Assembly (NCBI GenBank): GCA_002633005.1
Contig: NMRA01000069.1
Span: forward strand, 96,203 to 160,202
Length of the DNA stretch: 64,000 bases
Direction of reading: 5' to 3'
Origin: Phoronis australis
Taxonomy: Eukaryota; Animalia; Phoronida
Shown: piece by piece, positions 36,601 through 49,768 of the stretch
Layout: each line of letters starts with the position of its first letter
Position numbering within the stretch: the first letter of the stretch is position 1
Notes under the pieces: model-generated
What the model was told of the DNA's origin: nothing
What the model saw: the letters and a program-made list of their open reading frames with translations, nothing else
Database searches by the model: none
Translations under genes and position numbers: made by a program

Positions 36601-39600
36601 TGCGGAATTAATCGAAAAGACAACGACGAGGGAGACGTCCACAATCATGACGATCAAGGCGGCAATTATGAATAACACGATAACATTCATGTGACTAGCG
36701 AAAAAATCAAATAGAGAGCATACAATCAACTACAATCAAGAACAATAGATGGCGCAACATGCCTTTCCAGTCTACAGTAGGATAGTGCTGGCTGGGTCAG
36801 TCTGGGTCAACTAGGCATAACCAAAACAAAGTGAACTAAAAGCCAGCCAGCTGCGTGCTTGCATAGGTGATCGAAGGAACAACGGTATCCGAAAATCTCA
36901 AATAATCAAAAAAGTAGACGTCGTGGCGCAAAATGGAAAATATCTTCTGAAAGCCCGTTCAAAACTCTATCTAAACTGGTGGTTTGGCAAAAATCCAAAA
37001 AAATTTCGAGAAAATTAAAAATTTGCCGTTTTTGTGAAATTCAAATTCAAATAACTCAAAAACGGTAAGTCTGAGAAATACGTTCTCGCAAAGTTTTTGA
37101 AAGGCCATACTTCAAGGAATCCACATGCAAAAATTCACGTCAGAACGATTGAGACCGTGTGAACATGTGCCGCAGCCGCCATCTTGAAAGTTACTTCCGG
37201 TTCAATAATTTTTTATAAAAGCGTATTAAACTCAACAAACACGTGACCGGTTTGAAAGTGATTGGTTTGCAAATGCGCCCTCTACGGGAGAAAACGTTTT
37301 GGCCATATTTCGGGATGCGCATGCGCCACTTGCAATATTTCCGCCATCTTTAACCGAAAGTCAACGATTTTCTGCACACTTGTAGCACATGAGTCCTAGT
37401 ATAATCGAACGGATTTTCAGCTGTGTACGTTGAAAAATGCGGCCTCTACGAGCATTTGACTGTGAAATCGGATACAAAATGGCCGCCACGTCCGCCATTT
37501 GTATCCGATCATGACCAAAAACAACAGGCTTCCAGGCCATTCCGATCTACACGTCTTGTGCAAATTTCGTGTAAATCGGACGAAAATTGCGACCTGTAGA
37601 GTGCGAAAAAACAAAAAAATGATGACGAAGATGACGAATATGACGACGATGGTGGCGAGGATGAACAAAAGAAGTAATAATAACATACACTTGACTAACG
37701 TCCGAAATCAGTAAGAAAAAGGCTACAGTCTTGAGCGACACTTGGCGAAATTAACGGAAAAGACAACGACGGAGATGATGACGAAGATGATGACGATGAT
37801 GACGAATATGATGATGGTGGAGGAGATGATGAACAACATCACAACATTCATATGACAAACTTAGATGTCATAAATCAATAAGAAATAGGCTACAGTCTAG
37901 TTCAATAGAAGTTAAACCAACATTAATGCAGCAAGAGCGCTCAACAAAGGAACAGCGTTATCAGGAAATCTCAAATAACTCGAAAAGTAGACGTCCTAGC
38001 GAAAAATAGAAAACATCTTCTGAAAGCCCGTTCAAAATTCTATCTAAACTGATGGTACAGCCTAATTCCGTAAATTTTTTGAAAAAAAAATTAAATTTTG
38101 CCTTTTTTAGAAATTTAAAATCAAATATCTCGACAACATTAAGTCTGAGAAAAAATTGTTTGAGTTCATTTGAAAGAATATACCTCAGACAATGCACATG
38201 CAAAAATTCACGTCATTTTCTTCTCCAGTTTATATGGCACCTAACTACGACTGAAAATGGATTAACATGCGCAATATCCGCCATCTTGAAAGCAACTTCC
38301 GGTGTTTTGGTTTGATTTAATAGCATTTAAAAAAAAACTAATATCCGTAAAATTTCGAAGGAATTGGCGATATAATGCGCCCTCTACAGGAGAAAGCGTT
38401 ATTAGGCCAAAATCGAGGTGCACATGCGCGATCACCGATATTTCCGCCATCTTTGAACGAAAGTAAACAATTTCCGGTATACATGTAGCGCACGTCCGGT
38501 ACTTTAATTGCGCCGAGTTTCAGCTCTTTACATAAAAAATTGTAGCCTCTAGATGCCTTTGAATCAAAATGAAAACAAAATGGCCGCTACAGCCGCCATC
38601 TTGGATCCGATTTTGACGAAAACCAATAGCATTTCAGTATTTCCGAAACTACGTGTCATGTGTAAAAAATCACGTCTATTTCTCTTCCCGTTTAAAATCG
38701 CACTCCAGCACGACTGAAAATGGGTCAACATGCGCCAAATCCGCCATCTAGAAAGCTACTTCCGGTTTTTCGGCTTTGTATAATAGCATGTCATAAAAAA
38801 CAAATATTTGCAAAACTTCGAAGGAATTTGTCTGATAATGCGCCCTCTAGAGGAGAAAACGTTTTTAGGCAAAAATCGAGATGCCCATGCGCGATCACCG
38901 ATATTTCCGCCATCTTTAACCGGAAGTAAACAATTTCTGGTATAGTTGTTGAAAACTTCCGGGCAATTTACTGTGCCGATTGTTATCCTTTTACGTTAAA
39001 ATTGTAGCCTCCAGAAGCATTTGAACCTTTAAATGAAAACAAAATGGCCGCCACAGCCGCCATCTTGGATTCGATTTTGACGAAAAACAATAGGCTTCCA
39101 GTACTTCCGGAAGTACGTGTTATGTGTAAATTTTGTGATGATCGGACGAAATTTGCGACCTGTATCGTGCGAACAAACAAATAAAACAAACTTAATGACA
39201 GAGCAACATACTTGGCGAAATAAAAGAAATCAAATAGAGAGCATACAATCAACTACAATAAAGAATAATAGATGGCGCAACATGACGGTCCAGTCTGCAG
39301 CAGGACAGTGCTGGCTGGGTCAGTTTGGGTCAACTAGGCATAACCGAAATAAGGTAAACTGAAAGCCAGCCAGCTGCGTCCTTTCATAGGTGACCGAAGG
39401 AACAACGGCATTCTAAAATCTCGAATAATTCAAAAGTAGACGTTGTAGCGCAAAATTGAAAATATCGTCTGAAAGTCCGTCCACTACTCTACGTTCTTTG
39501 ATAGAGCATACAATCAACTACAATAAAGAACAATAGATGGCGCAACATTACGGACGAGGCATGCTTTACAGGAGGACAGTGCTGGCTGGGTCAGTCTGGG

Positions 39601-40405
39601 TCAACTAGGCATAACCAAAACAAAGTGCGCTGAAAGCCAGCCAGCTGCGTGAGACCGAAAGAACAACGGTATCCGAAAATCTCGAATAATTCAAAAGGTA
39701 AACGTCGTAGCGCAAAATGGAAAATATCTTCTGAAAGCCCGTTCAAATCTCTATCTAAAGTGGTAGTTTGACAAAAATCCAAAAAATTTTCGAGAAAATT
39801 GAAAATTTGCCGTTTTTTTGAAATTCAAAGTCAAATAACTCGAAAACGGTAAGTCTGAGATATACGCTCTCGCAGACTTTTTGAAAGGCCATACTTCAAG
39901 GAATCCACATGCAAAAATTCAGGGTGACTTCCGGTTCAATAATTTTTTATAAAAGCTTATTAAACTCGACAAACACGTGACCAGTTTGAAAGTGATTGGT
40001 TTGCAACTGCGCCCTCTACAGGAGAAAACGTTTTTAGCCATATTTCGGGGTGCGCATGCGCCACGTCCAATATTTCCGCCATCTTTAACCTGAAGTCAAC
40101 GTTTTTCTACACAATTGTAGCACTGGCGTTCTAGTGTATTCGTACCGATTTTCAACCATGTAGGTCGAAAAATGCGGCCTCTACGAGTATTTGACTGTGA
40201 AATCGGATACAAAATGGCCGCCACGTCCGCCATTTTGTATCCGATCATAACCAAAAAAACAGCTATCCAGTGATTCCCGATCTACATGTTGTGTGCAAAT
40301 TTCGTGAAAATCGGACCAGAATTGCGACCTGTAGAGAGCGAACAAACAAAAAAAAAACTTGCTGTCAGAGCAACATACTTGGCGGAAGAATTCCGCCGAG
40401 TAATA
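33630..40405 (+). repeat. Tandem array of ~1.1-1.5-kb Helentron/HINE-like units
   Basis: Recurrent aaaatggccgccacgtccgccattttg (about 34905, 36387, 37476, 40211, with divergent copies at about 38580 and 39042). Units end in acaaacaaa + gagcaaca + hairpin tacttggcg...gccaagta + A-run. The array is certain; the family call is an inference. Confidence 0.8.
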
Positions 40406-40985
40406 AATTGTGTTGTATGTAGTAAATGATGCTGCCCTCGGACATCCAGTCTCAGATAATCTGATATTGATCTTCGTGTGTCAGTGTTTGCCACACTGAC
40501 AAGGAACAAGGCAATAAATGATCTGTTCGTCTGACATTTTCCGAGTGATCCATTTGTTAGCCGAGCGTCAGCTGTGGGGATGCTACAGTGGACCTGAACC
40601 AGTATCTCTCGCCTGAAAAATAAATTATCTAAATCTGCATGCAATTCACAACTTGACACGATTATACATGTATATGTTTTGAATTGAGCGTAAATTTATC
40701 GATAGAATTTGGAATGACTTTATAAGATGTAACAGACAATGATGCCATGTTTGGGCGTCTAAAATTGACTTGTACTTGACTTGTACTTGACGTATATGTA
40801 GATGGCCATCACATTCTCATGTCCATCTATAAAATATGAACGGATATTCATTTTGCAAAGCATTGGAAACGAACCCATAATGTAATATGCATTCGCTTCG
40901 AATTAAATAGTGCGCACTGTTATTAAGTTCATTCCTGTTCAGTTCATATCTACATTCATTACTAGTCTAATCAGAAAATAACATA

Positions 40986-43218
40986 CAGCACACATCACGA
41001 ATTTTTGGCCGACCGGTCGGAAATTGGTCGACGACCGGCCGTCGACCGGTCGTCTAGCCGACCAGCAGCCGACCAACATCGGTCGGCTAGGAGCCGTCTG
41101 CTGAGTCGCCTCTGTGGTCGGCACTTGGGTCGGCTAAATGGTCGCCTAGCGTAGACGACCAATTCGGATTAAGCGTGTCCTTGGTCGGCAATTACCATTT
41201 TATGACTTAGCGGGTGAACTTTGGCCAAACAAACATTGAACAGTTCGCTGTTCGTTGAGCAGCGGCAACTCCGGTCTTGACATCGGTTTATCAACTTATG
41301 TTCAACTATTGAAAGGTGTTAAAATCGACTCAACCTACGAATATGTGACATTACACCAACGTAAATTTTATGTTGAATTACTGACGGCGTAATAAAATCA
41401 AACGTTAAGTGATATCGCGGAAGCATAATTTCTGTCTCTTAGTATGATACTTTTTATACAGTATATTATGCATAAAAACAAGAAAGAAATTTGAAATTTT
41501 ACAGTAAANNNNNNNNNNNNNNNNNNNNNNNNNNNNNNNNNNNNNNNNNNNNNNNNNNNNNNNNNNNNNNNNNNNNNNNNNNNNNNNNNNNNNNNNNNNN
41601 NNNNNNNNNNNNNNNNNNNNNNNNNNNNNNNNNNNNNNNNNNNNNNNNNNNNNNNNNNNNNNNNNNNNNNNNNNNNNNNNNNNNNNNNNNNNNNNNNNNN
41701 NNNNNNNNNNNNNNNNNNNNNNNNNNNNNNNNNNNNNNNNNNNNNNNNNNNNNNNNNNNNNNNNNNNNNNNNNNNNNNNNNNNNNNNNNNNNNNNNNNNN
41801 NNNNNNNNNNNNNNNNNNNNNNNNNNNNNNNNNNNNNNNNNNNNNNNNNNNNNNNNNNNNNNNNNNNNNNNNNNNNNNNNNNNNNNNNNNNNNNNNNNNN
41901 NNNNNNNNNNNNNNNNNNNNNNNNNNNNNNNNNNNNNNNNNNNNNNNNNNNNNNNNNNNNNNNNNNNNNNNNNNNNNNNNNNNNNNNNNNNNNNNNNNNN
42001 NNNNNNNNNNNNNNNNNNNNNNNNNNNNNNNNNNNNNNNNNNNNNNNNNNNNNNNNNNNNNNNNNNNNNNNNNNNNNNNNNNNNNNNNNNNNNNNNNNNN
42101 NNNNNNNNNNNNNNNNNNNNNNNNNNNNNNNNNNNNNNNNNNNNNNNNNNNNNNNNNNNNNNNNNNNNNNNNNNNNNNNNNNNNNNNNNNNNNNNNNNNN
42201 NNNNNNNNNNNNNNNNNNNNNNNNNNNNNNNNNNNNNNNNNNNNNNNNNNNNNNNNNNNNNNNNNNNNNNNNNNNNNNNNNNNNNNNNNNNNNNNNNNNN
42301 NNNNNNNNNNNNNNNNNNNNNNNNNNNNNNNNTAGCGCTGATTTTAACGTCACCGATGCCCTAAAAACGGAATGCGCAAAGCTAGAATTGGTTGTAGCCT
42401 CAACAGTGGCTATTCCGTGTTTGATGTCACTGTCCAAGTTCGTGGAAATCGTAACCCTATGATGAAGTTAGAGTCATCGAAGTCCGTGGGCTTAGGGCAT
42501 TCTGGACCGTGAAGTTTGCTTCTGTACGGCAAGGGTTAATCATATGAAAATAAAAACCCCGGAGTGAGAGCTCTTCGCGGTGTAACAACTCAGTCACTAT
42601 CCCATCATCATGGGCACGTGATAGGAGTACCGTGGAGAATTTTAAAAACGCAAAAAGATGCAGTACTGCGTATCACAAACAAAAAACAATTGTGGGCGAA
42701 GAGTGTCAAAAATAGCTGCGTTTACAAAATGACTACAGAGTTGTATTGACCAGGAAGCCGCCAATCTAATGCAGCTTGTTAACGTCACGATTGAAATCAA
42801 AGGTCAAATGTAAAGAAAACATTCACGTCTTTTAACCAAAACTTGTAGCACTGTCCATAATTCAATAGTATTACCGCTGGCCTTCAACCTTCGAATTATT
42901 GGTGTTACACAACCGATATAAACTCATGCAACGGAAACAGTGGAACTAGGTTAATTTATTTGACCCTGTGCTAAGACGAATATGCATCGACACGCAAAGT
43001 GGTATCAGCCTGACAATTACGCAACTGCTACTGTAGCCTAAAAATAGCAGCCGACCAGTTGGTCGGCTGATGGCCGGTCGGCTGAAGGGTCGGCTGGGGA
43101 GTCGCCTCATGAGTCGGCACTGCGGGCGGCTGCCGGTCGGCTAATTTTTAGCCGACCGGTCGACGGCCGGCCGTCGACCAATTCCGACCGGTCAGCCAAA
43201 AATTCGTGATGTGTGCTG
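40986..43218. mobile_element. TIR DNA element with gccgacc subterminal repeats, spanning the assembly gap
   Basis: CAGCACACATCACGAATTTTTGG / CCAAAAATTCGTGATGTGTGCTG, flanked by TA on both sides. Confidence 0.85.
41509..42332. other. Assembly gap (824 N)
   Basis: Run of N characters. Confidence 1.
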
Positions 43219-43552
43219 TAATCTGTCATGTTTGTGGTCTTTTGATATTCACAGTGAATTGAGGGATTGAATTAGAGTTGGTTGAAATCTGACCTTTGTT
43301 GAATTGAAGTGCATGTACCAGTACTGCACAATAACTTTTTCCAAGCTTGACATTCCCCCTTTACTGTCATGGTGTGAGTTTACTGAGTGACGGTGATAGT
43401 TTGAAATGAATATATTTCGAAATAAACCAAAACTTTCTTGTTTGAAATGGTTACCGTATCTCAATGTGTTGTTTCTGTGACAGAATAATCTGCAATTCCG
43501 CACATCATGGTCGGATAAAAAGGGTACTTTGATTGGTGTAAAAATTAATATT

Positions 43553-43690
43553 GGGGGAGTGTGCCTTGTCGTAGCGGAACAGCTTGTGTATCCCTGTGAC
43601 CTCTAGAGCTATTTCGTCAGGAGTCTAACACTTCCAGAAGGGTCACCCGTGCCGGGCAGGTCGAAAGGTAGAGATCATACCAAACACACC
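43553..43690 (+). mobile_element. RTE/BovB-type 5' UTR head
   Basis: ccttgtcgtagcgg...gcttgtgtatccctgtgacc...gagctat...agggtcacccgtgccgggcaggtcgaa resembles the conserved 5' end of RTE-clade LINEs (recognised from memory). Confidence 0.55.
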
Positions 43691-43719
43691 CTACCATCTG
43701 CTAAGGTTGAGTATCTCAA

Positions 43720-46700
43720 GCAGGGGTGTCAGAAATTGACTCCACCTGAGGCAGACCCAAGGTCTGCATACCATGTCATGGGTCCCGGGGACCTCTCCCA
43801 TGGATAAGACCGTCTGTCATTTCTCGGTCGACATTGCAGTGAGCAAGGAAGATTTTTTACATATAATTGACATCAGCAATCCAGATCTTAACGTGACAAA
43901 AGTGCACTGTGTATCAGTTTGTGAGAACAAATCTAGTGCACAGTACTCTACCAAGGGTCTAGCCTTTGTAATGGTCATTGAGGAATCTGCCTGGCTAGTG
44001 TTTAAGGCAAGGACTTCAAGCCTCACTGCAGTTTTGGTAGTGTCCTTTTCAGAATCAAGACCAAGACGACTAAGCCTGCAGCTTGGAAGGTTGATGTACC
44101 TGCCATGGCCACTAGGCCTTCTGTGGTGGTCGAGTCAGCCACGGAAACAGGTGCCGACGAGGTGAGTTTTTTTTTACCCAGATCTAATACCTCTTGGCGC
44201 TTTCTGGGTTATGTATATTCATTGTATTCTGAATATTTCGTAATAAACATTAAAAAAGTAACACCAAGTCGACCGATTTGGAAGAAGGCGACTAAGATGC
44301 CAAAGGCTGTGTGGTGGCCAAAGTGGTCATTTCTGGCCTCCATCCAGTTGTGGTAGCAGGTGATCAGCCGCTTGCCAACACTCCCAACTTGGTCGACAAC
44401 ACTGCAACTTTTGCAGTGTCGGGAGATTCTATTGAGGGGATGAGTGACTAATGACATACTAGCACGCTTCATGATGAGGAGTAGTTGGTATTTTTATATT
44501 ATAATTATGCTGCCTTTTTTGATAGAGTGTGATCTTAAAGTTTGACAGATAAACCTGCATCATGCCAGCAATCCATTTGTTCTCCTGCAACAGATTCTGA
44601 CAAAAGAGACTTGCTCTTTGTCTTTGATTCAGGAGCCTCACTGCAAGGGAAACACCATTCTTAATGTTCCTAGAAATTTCAAATCATATACATGTACAGC
44701 ACGGCTTGACACCAATTTAAGACCAAGAGCAGCTGTTTTGGTATCCAAAGACATATCGTCAAGACCACTGCCAGACTTTTGTCACATGTGACCTTACTGG
44801 TCCAAATGGACTTGTCCGCACTGTTTGGTGGGTTTCGGCATGCATGCCAGGTGACTCAGTTGAGGAACCTCCATCTGATATGGTGCAGCACATTACAAAA
44901 TATTGTAGCAGCAATGGAATTCCATTGGAAATTGGCTGCGATGCTAATGCACATCATAACGTATGGAACAATACTGACACTAACTCGAGGGTGAATCCCT
45001 GTTGGGGTTCATTTTCAGCACTTAACTGAATATTTGCAATGGAGGCCACGAAACCACTTTTGTTGCTTAGAATCGCAAATAGATCCTACATCTTACTTTG
45101 ACTAGTATATCTGCAGCAGATCTGGTGAAGATCTGAAAAGTTGACCTCTTGTCCTTTCTCTCGGATCACAAATGTATCAGGTTTGAGTTGGCAATTTCTG
45201 CTATCCCCTTTTACACTAGTACAGGGATTTGAATGAAGATCGTTCCAATTCATGTGATAAACTGGACAGTGGAACTCTCAACACTTTTACGGATGTTGAT
45301 TCACTTGAAATAATGTCACAATTGTGCTGACCAATGCCATCAGATGGGGATGGTGAGGCTTAATGGTAAACCTAATAGCCAGATATGGTGGACCAAAGAG
45401 CTTGCGTCTCTTCAGAACAAGGCAAGAAAAGCTCATCGGATTGCCCAGCGAGCAGACACTGAAGAGGACAGGAACGCCTACCGTCAGGCAAACAGAACCT
45501 TTTAGTCTGCTACACGTAGGGCACAAAGGAACTCGTGGAGAAATTTTTGACAGCAATCTTAAAGTTTGTCAGCAACGGCAAAACTTGTTCATATTCTGAT
45601 GAAGGACAAGACTGCTCAGTTGGATACCGTCCAAAGAAAAGACGGTTCGTACACCTGTTCTTCAGGCGAAGCTCTCAGGGCCATGTTGGATAAACAATAT
45701 CCCGGTAGTGTGATTCCTGGTCATGGAACTAGAGAAGTAGTACGTAACGGGTAAGAACAGGATGTTTTTGATGAGATGGTTAACACTCGTCTCTTTGAAC
45801 TGGCCTTCATGCCTTGGAAGGCCCCCGGGCAAGACATGATATTTGCTAAGATGATACAGGAAGCAGGTACAAAGTTTTTCCAAATCCCGTCAAATCTTTA
45901 CAAGGCCAGTCTTAGACGAGGCTAAGTTCCAGAAACCGGGACTAAGGCGAGGATTGTTTTTATTCCCAAACATGGCAAGGACTCTTACTTCAAAACTGAC
46001 TCCTTCAGACCTATAACTCTAATTTCCTTCTTCTTGAAACGTCTTGTGAAATTTGTTCTGTGGCAGTTAGAAAGGCAAAATGTTGAAAGAAAACAATTGG
46101 GAAATCAGTAGGCTTACAGAGCTGGCTTTCCCACAGAGACTTTTTTTTTATTTATTTATTTATTGGGATATTTAAAATGAGGTGACCTCTTCAGTGACAG
46201 CACTGCTTTCCAAGAGGGCGCTCAACAATAAAAACAGTAATATGATACAATGAAGTAATAAAACAACAATTAAATATACGTAAAAAAGATTCAATTAAAA
46301 CAGGTTGAGAATCAAGACAATAAACCAATGACGAAGAATAGCTTGAAAATGCTGTATACAATAAAATGCTTGCTCTTGGCGCTTTCATCGACATTGTAGG
46401 TGCCTTCAGCTACATTAAAAATGATACTTTTTATAACGCACTTGTTCAATTTCAGATTGACAAAGGGTTTATAAGGTGGATTATGTATATGCTCAGTAGT
46501 CAGACTGTATCAGTTAAGCTTAAAGGAGCTAGAGTGACTGTCCGTCTCACTAGAGGTACTCCACATGGTGGTACCGCTTCACCTGCTCTCTTAAATATGG
46601 TCATGGACTGCCTATTAAAGCAGCTGTTGGCTAACATTGGGCAAGTTCTAGTTGTACAGGCATATGCTGATGACGTTGTCTACTATGTGTCAAGTGTTGA

Positions 46701-47520
46701 TGCTTACACATGCTATTCGATGGACCGAGACAGTTGGCTTGCAGGTCAATAGCAGTAAAACAATAGTGTTGATGTTCGCCTGGAAGCAAAAGTGGAATGT
46801 AAAACCATTAAATCTCTATGGTATTGAACTTCGATTCCAATAAAAAGTCACCTACCTAAGTGTTACTCTCCACCATCGCCTTTATTGGATACCTCACGTG
46901 ATGGACAAGATAACCAAGGCCAAGTTGGCCCTGGTAAGCTAAGGTGTTCCCGATTAGTGGATAAAAGTTGGGTACTCTCTCCCAAAATTCTTTCTGGATC
47001 TACATTGGTGATGTCAAACCGATGTTAGCTTACGCGGCATCAATATGTACAGTATATCATCTGTTAAACAGAGCACTGTTAGAACTAAACTGACAAAACA
47101 ACAGCGTGAACCTTGCTCGTTTGTTACTTCTGCTTTTCCAGGGACGCCTTCAACTGATTATTGGTTTGCCACTATTGCATATTTGCTTCAGCGTTGAAGC
47201 TGTGCTTGCAGCTTACCGTATGGGGTGTAATGGGCCATATTATTGTATGCAACAGGTTAATGTCAGAAACTGGAACCCCTTTGGCAATGCCAAGCGATGT
47301 TTTAGTGACCACCCTAAATCACAGACACAATTTCTAAATAGAAATTGGAGATGGTTACGAAATCATTGACTTTAATAACCAACAATCCGTTTGGCTCTAA
47401 ACTTAACAACGAACAGTCGGGATTAGGAATTTACTTTCCAGACCTTGCAGGTGACGACAAAAAAACTGGATCTCACTGAGTAACACCGTTACAGTTGAGC
47501 AGCTGAACTTGGCAATGCTG
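43720..47520 (+). mobile_element. Degenerate LOA/R1-group non-LTR retrotransposon (ORF1 remnant, APE endonuclease, RT, RNase H remnant)
   Basis: ORF1: WVPG...SNPDLNVT...KGLAFVMVIEES. Endonuclease: LIQEP, IGCDANAHHNVW, SDH. RT: KAPG.D, IVFIPKHGK, SFRPITL, AFIDIVGAF, RGTPHGG, QAYADDV. RNase H-like: GSKL...SGLGIYF. Confidence 0.85.
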
Positions 47521-49058
47521 CTTGATTACCCGAAGGTTAAACACAAATACATTTGTTCCAAGATACACACTTTTCAGTTTATTGGATCTAGTGCAGGCTT
47601 ATACAGTGTATGATTTTGACTCCGGAGTTTCACTCGTCTGACCGCCTTTGTCTTGGCACCTGCTGGATCTCAGCCCTGTAGTCTAGCGATTGTCCCTGGA
47701 AATTATTTTTTCTATTTTTATTGTTTTTCAGTTATTCCGACCTTTAGACGTCGTTTTGTTTCGTAGCAGGGGTACATTTTTGTCATTAATGTACCCGTAC
47801 GCTAGCGTTCAAATGAACTTTTTTTCCAAAATTGAGATATTCGATCGGCACACATCGGGGAGAGGCACTGGATTACTGAACACAAAGCCTTGTTCGAGCT
47901 GTTGTCACGAAAAAATAAACAGTTGATTTACTTTTTGATGAAAACCTCAAGTATACACTTCGCCTGTAGAGTTACAGAGAGCTCATTTTGAAGTTGTTAA
48001 AACATGATATTTAGCTTGATGAAGCTTTAAAAAAGGAATTAGAGTTACTTTTGTGAATAGCCATTTTTGCCATTTCACCATACATGTCATTTTTGTAACC
48101 ATGCTACAGTTTAATGATCATGCTACGTTCAAAAATAATCGCAAGCTACCTTTATTCAGTGAAACTACAAAAAAGTTCGTCAGAAGGTAAGCCTAACTTA
48201 AAGGTCTTAATGGTGCAATTAGGTGCATTATTTTGACTTGAACACAGCCCTAGACCTAACGGAGCTAACTGCTGACCCTGGACAAGATGAGTGTCTACTT
48301 GAGCTATAAACCTGAGTTTTTTTAATCGAAATATTTCATTGGAAGATTAGAAAATAGTTAACAGTGCTATAGACTCGACCTATTTTACTCAGGCCGGAGT
48401 CCTATGGGCAGTTGTGACCTACTTTTCATTTGGCGGATTTTAGCAGACGAGAGAATAAAAATGTCGGTGAATCTTTACTGAATTTGTTCGAAATATCCTG
48501 AAATCTATGGCCTTAGATAATTCGACTTTAAGGTGCATACCCTGCTTTGCATAAACATATCGCATCATTGGCCTTGACATTTGTCTGGTGAAGGTGAACT
48601 CCGTGTAGGGTTCTTCGAATTTTCGCTGGCTCCGAAATACTTTTCCTCGAACACTTACTATTTCTTTTTAAGCGATATGTATTTATTTAAGAATACACAG
48701 GACATACAAAGAAATAATGACAAACCTAGACATCACGATATCGTTATATCTGGGTTGTAGACAATTCATAAATGAAACTAATGTACAGAGAGGTATGTAC
48801 ATTTATTTTTCATCGTCACCTCCCCAAATTCCCACATCATAAACGTACGATTCTCTGCTGATAAGTATCGGCTGTTGTCTTTGTCGAAGCACTTTCGAAA
48901 AGTTCAAAATACACTCATCAATTCCACCAGGAACGCCGTTTAGCGACAGTGTATTTGCCTCTGACATCTTGTTTTTTGTCGGGTGCCATGTGACTTTTCA
49001 CAAGATGCGGAGCTTGCGATAGGTTGATTCCGCAGCTTCCATAAAGCCACCGTGCTCC

Positions 49059-49768
49059 GCAGAATGATTAATGTTGGCCAAAACCCTTTTGTCCACTGAC
49101 GTCGCACGCATGCTGGCGCCCCCAGTGGAGGCCATGATAACTCCCCAACCGAGTTTAGCCTATTAGTATCAGTACTGACCAAGTAGTCACAGATAGATAT
49201 GGATAATTCTATGTATCGTGACTTTCGTCAAAGCTCAAAATGTAAGAATTAAGAATGTATGTGTGATATTTTACTTAGTGAATTCTCTGGTTGGGGCATG
49301 ATAAATGATTTTGCTCAGTTGAGTGTCTGAACTGAGTCCCCTGCGTCCGCGGGTACTGCGAATGGCCAGGTTACTTAAGTATGCAGAAGTTGTTTATGTT
49401 TCAGCTTCTCAGGATTTATGGCAGTGATAAGACGTCTGCTGTCTGTGAGTGGAATGTGGCCAAGCATTCAGTTATTTTGTTTTTCATAAAAATTTTGAAA
49501 GTTATGTCGAACAAAATGGTATGTTTTAAGTCAACTCACATTTACCAAAGATTTGCCTAAATATTCGTAAATAGTTCCATTCAAGAACAGCACTATCCGT
49601 GGCATGGCATACAAAAAAATATATCGGTATAGAGTATCTTTGTTTGATACAAATGCAGACTCCATAAGGGCAGGCCACCAGTGCAAAGTCTTCCAACCTC
49701 CACTGGGGGCGCCAGCATGCTTGTGACGTCAATGGACAAAGGGTTTTGGCCAACATTCACCATTCTGC
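49059..49768. mobile_element. MULE/Mutator-like non-autonomous element
   Basis: ~75-bp TIRs (GCAGAATG...tgttggccaaaaccc...gcgcccccagtggagg). Perfect 9-bp TSD ccgtgctcc at 49050-58 and 49769-77. Confidence 0.9.

Noticed and set aside
33630-40405. CRISPR-like array or repeated small genes
   Set aside because: Units are kilobase-scale with no unique spacers and no cas genes. The short ORFs vary by frameshift between units.
41491-42462. 323-aa and 312-aa ORFs
   Set aside because: Artefacts of translating the N gap.
49115-49130. CTCF sites in the MULE TIRs
   Set aside because: CCACTGGGGGCGC is one base short of the core spacing, so it is not supported.
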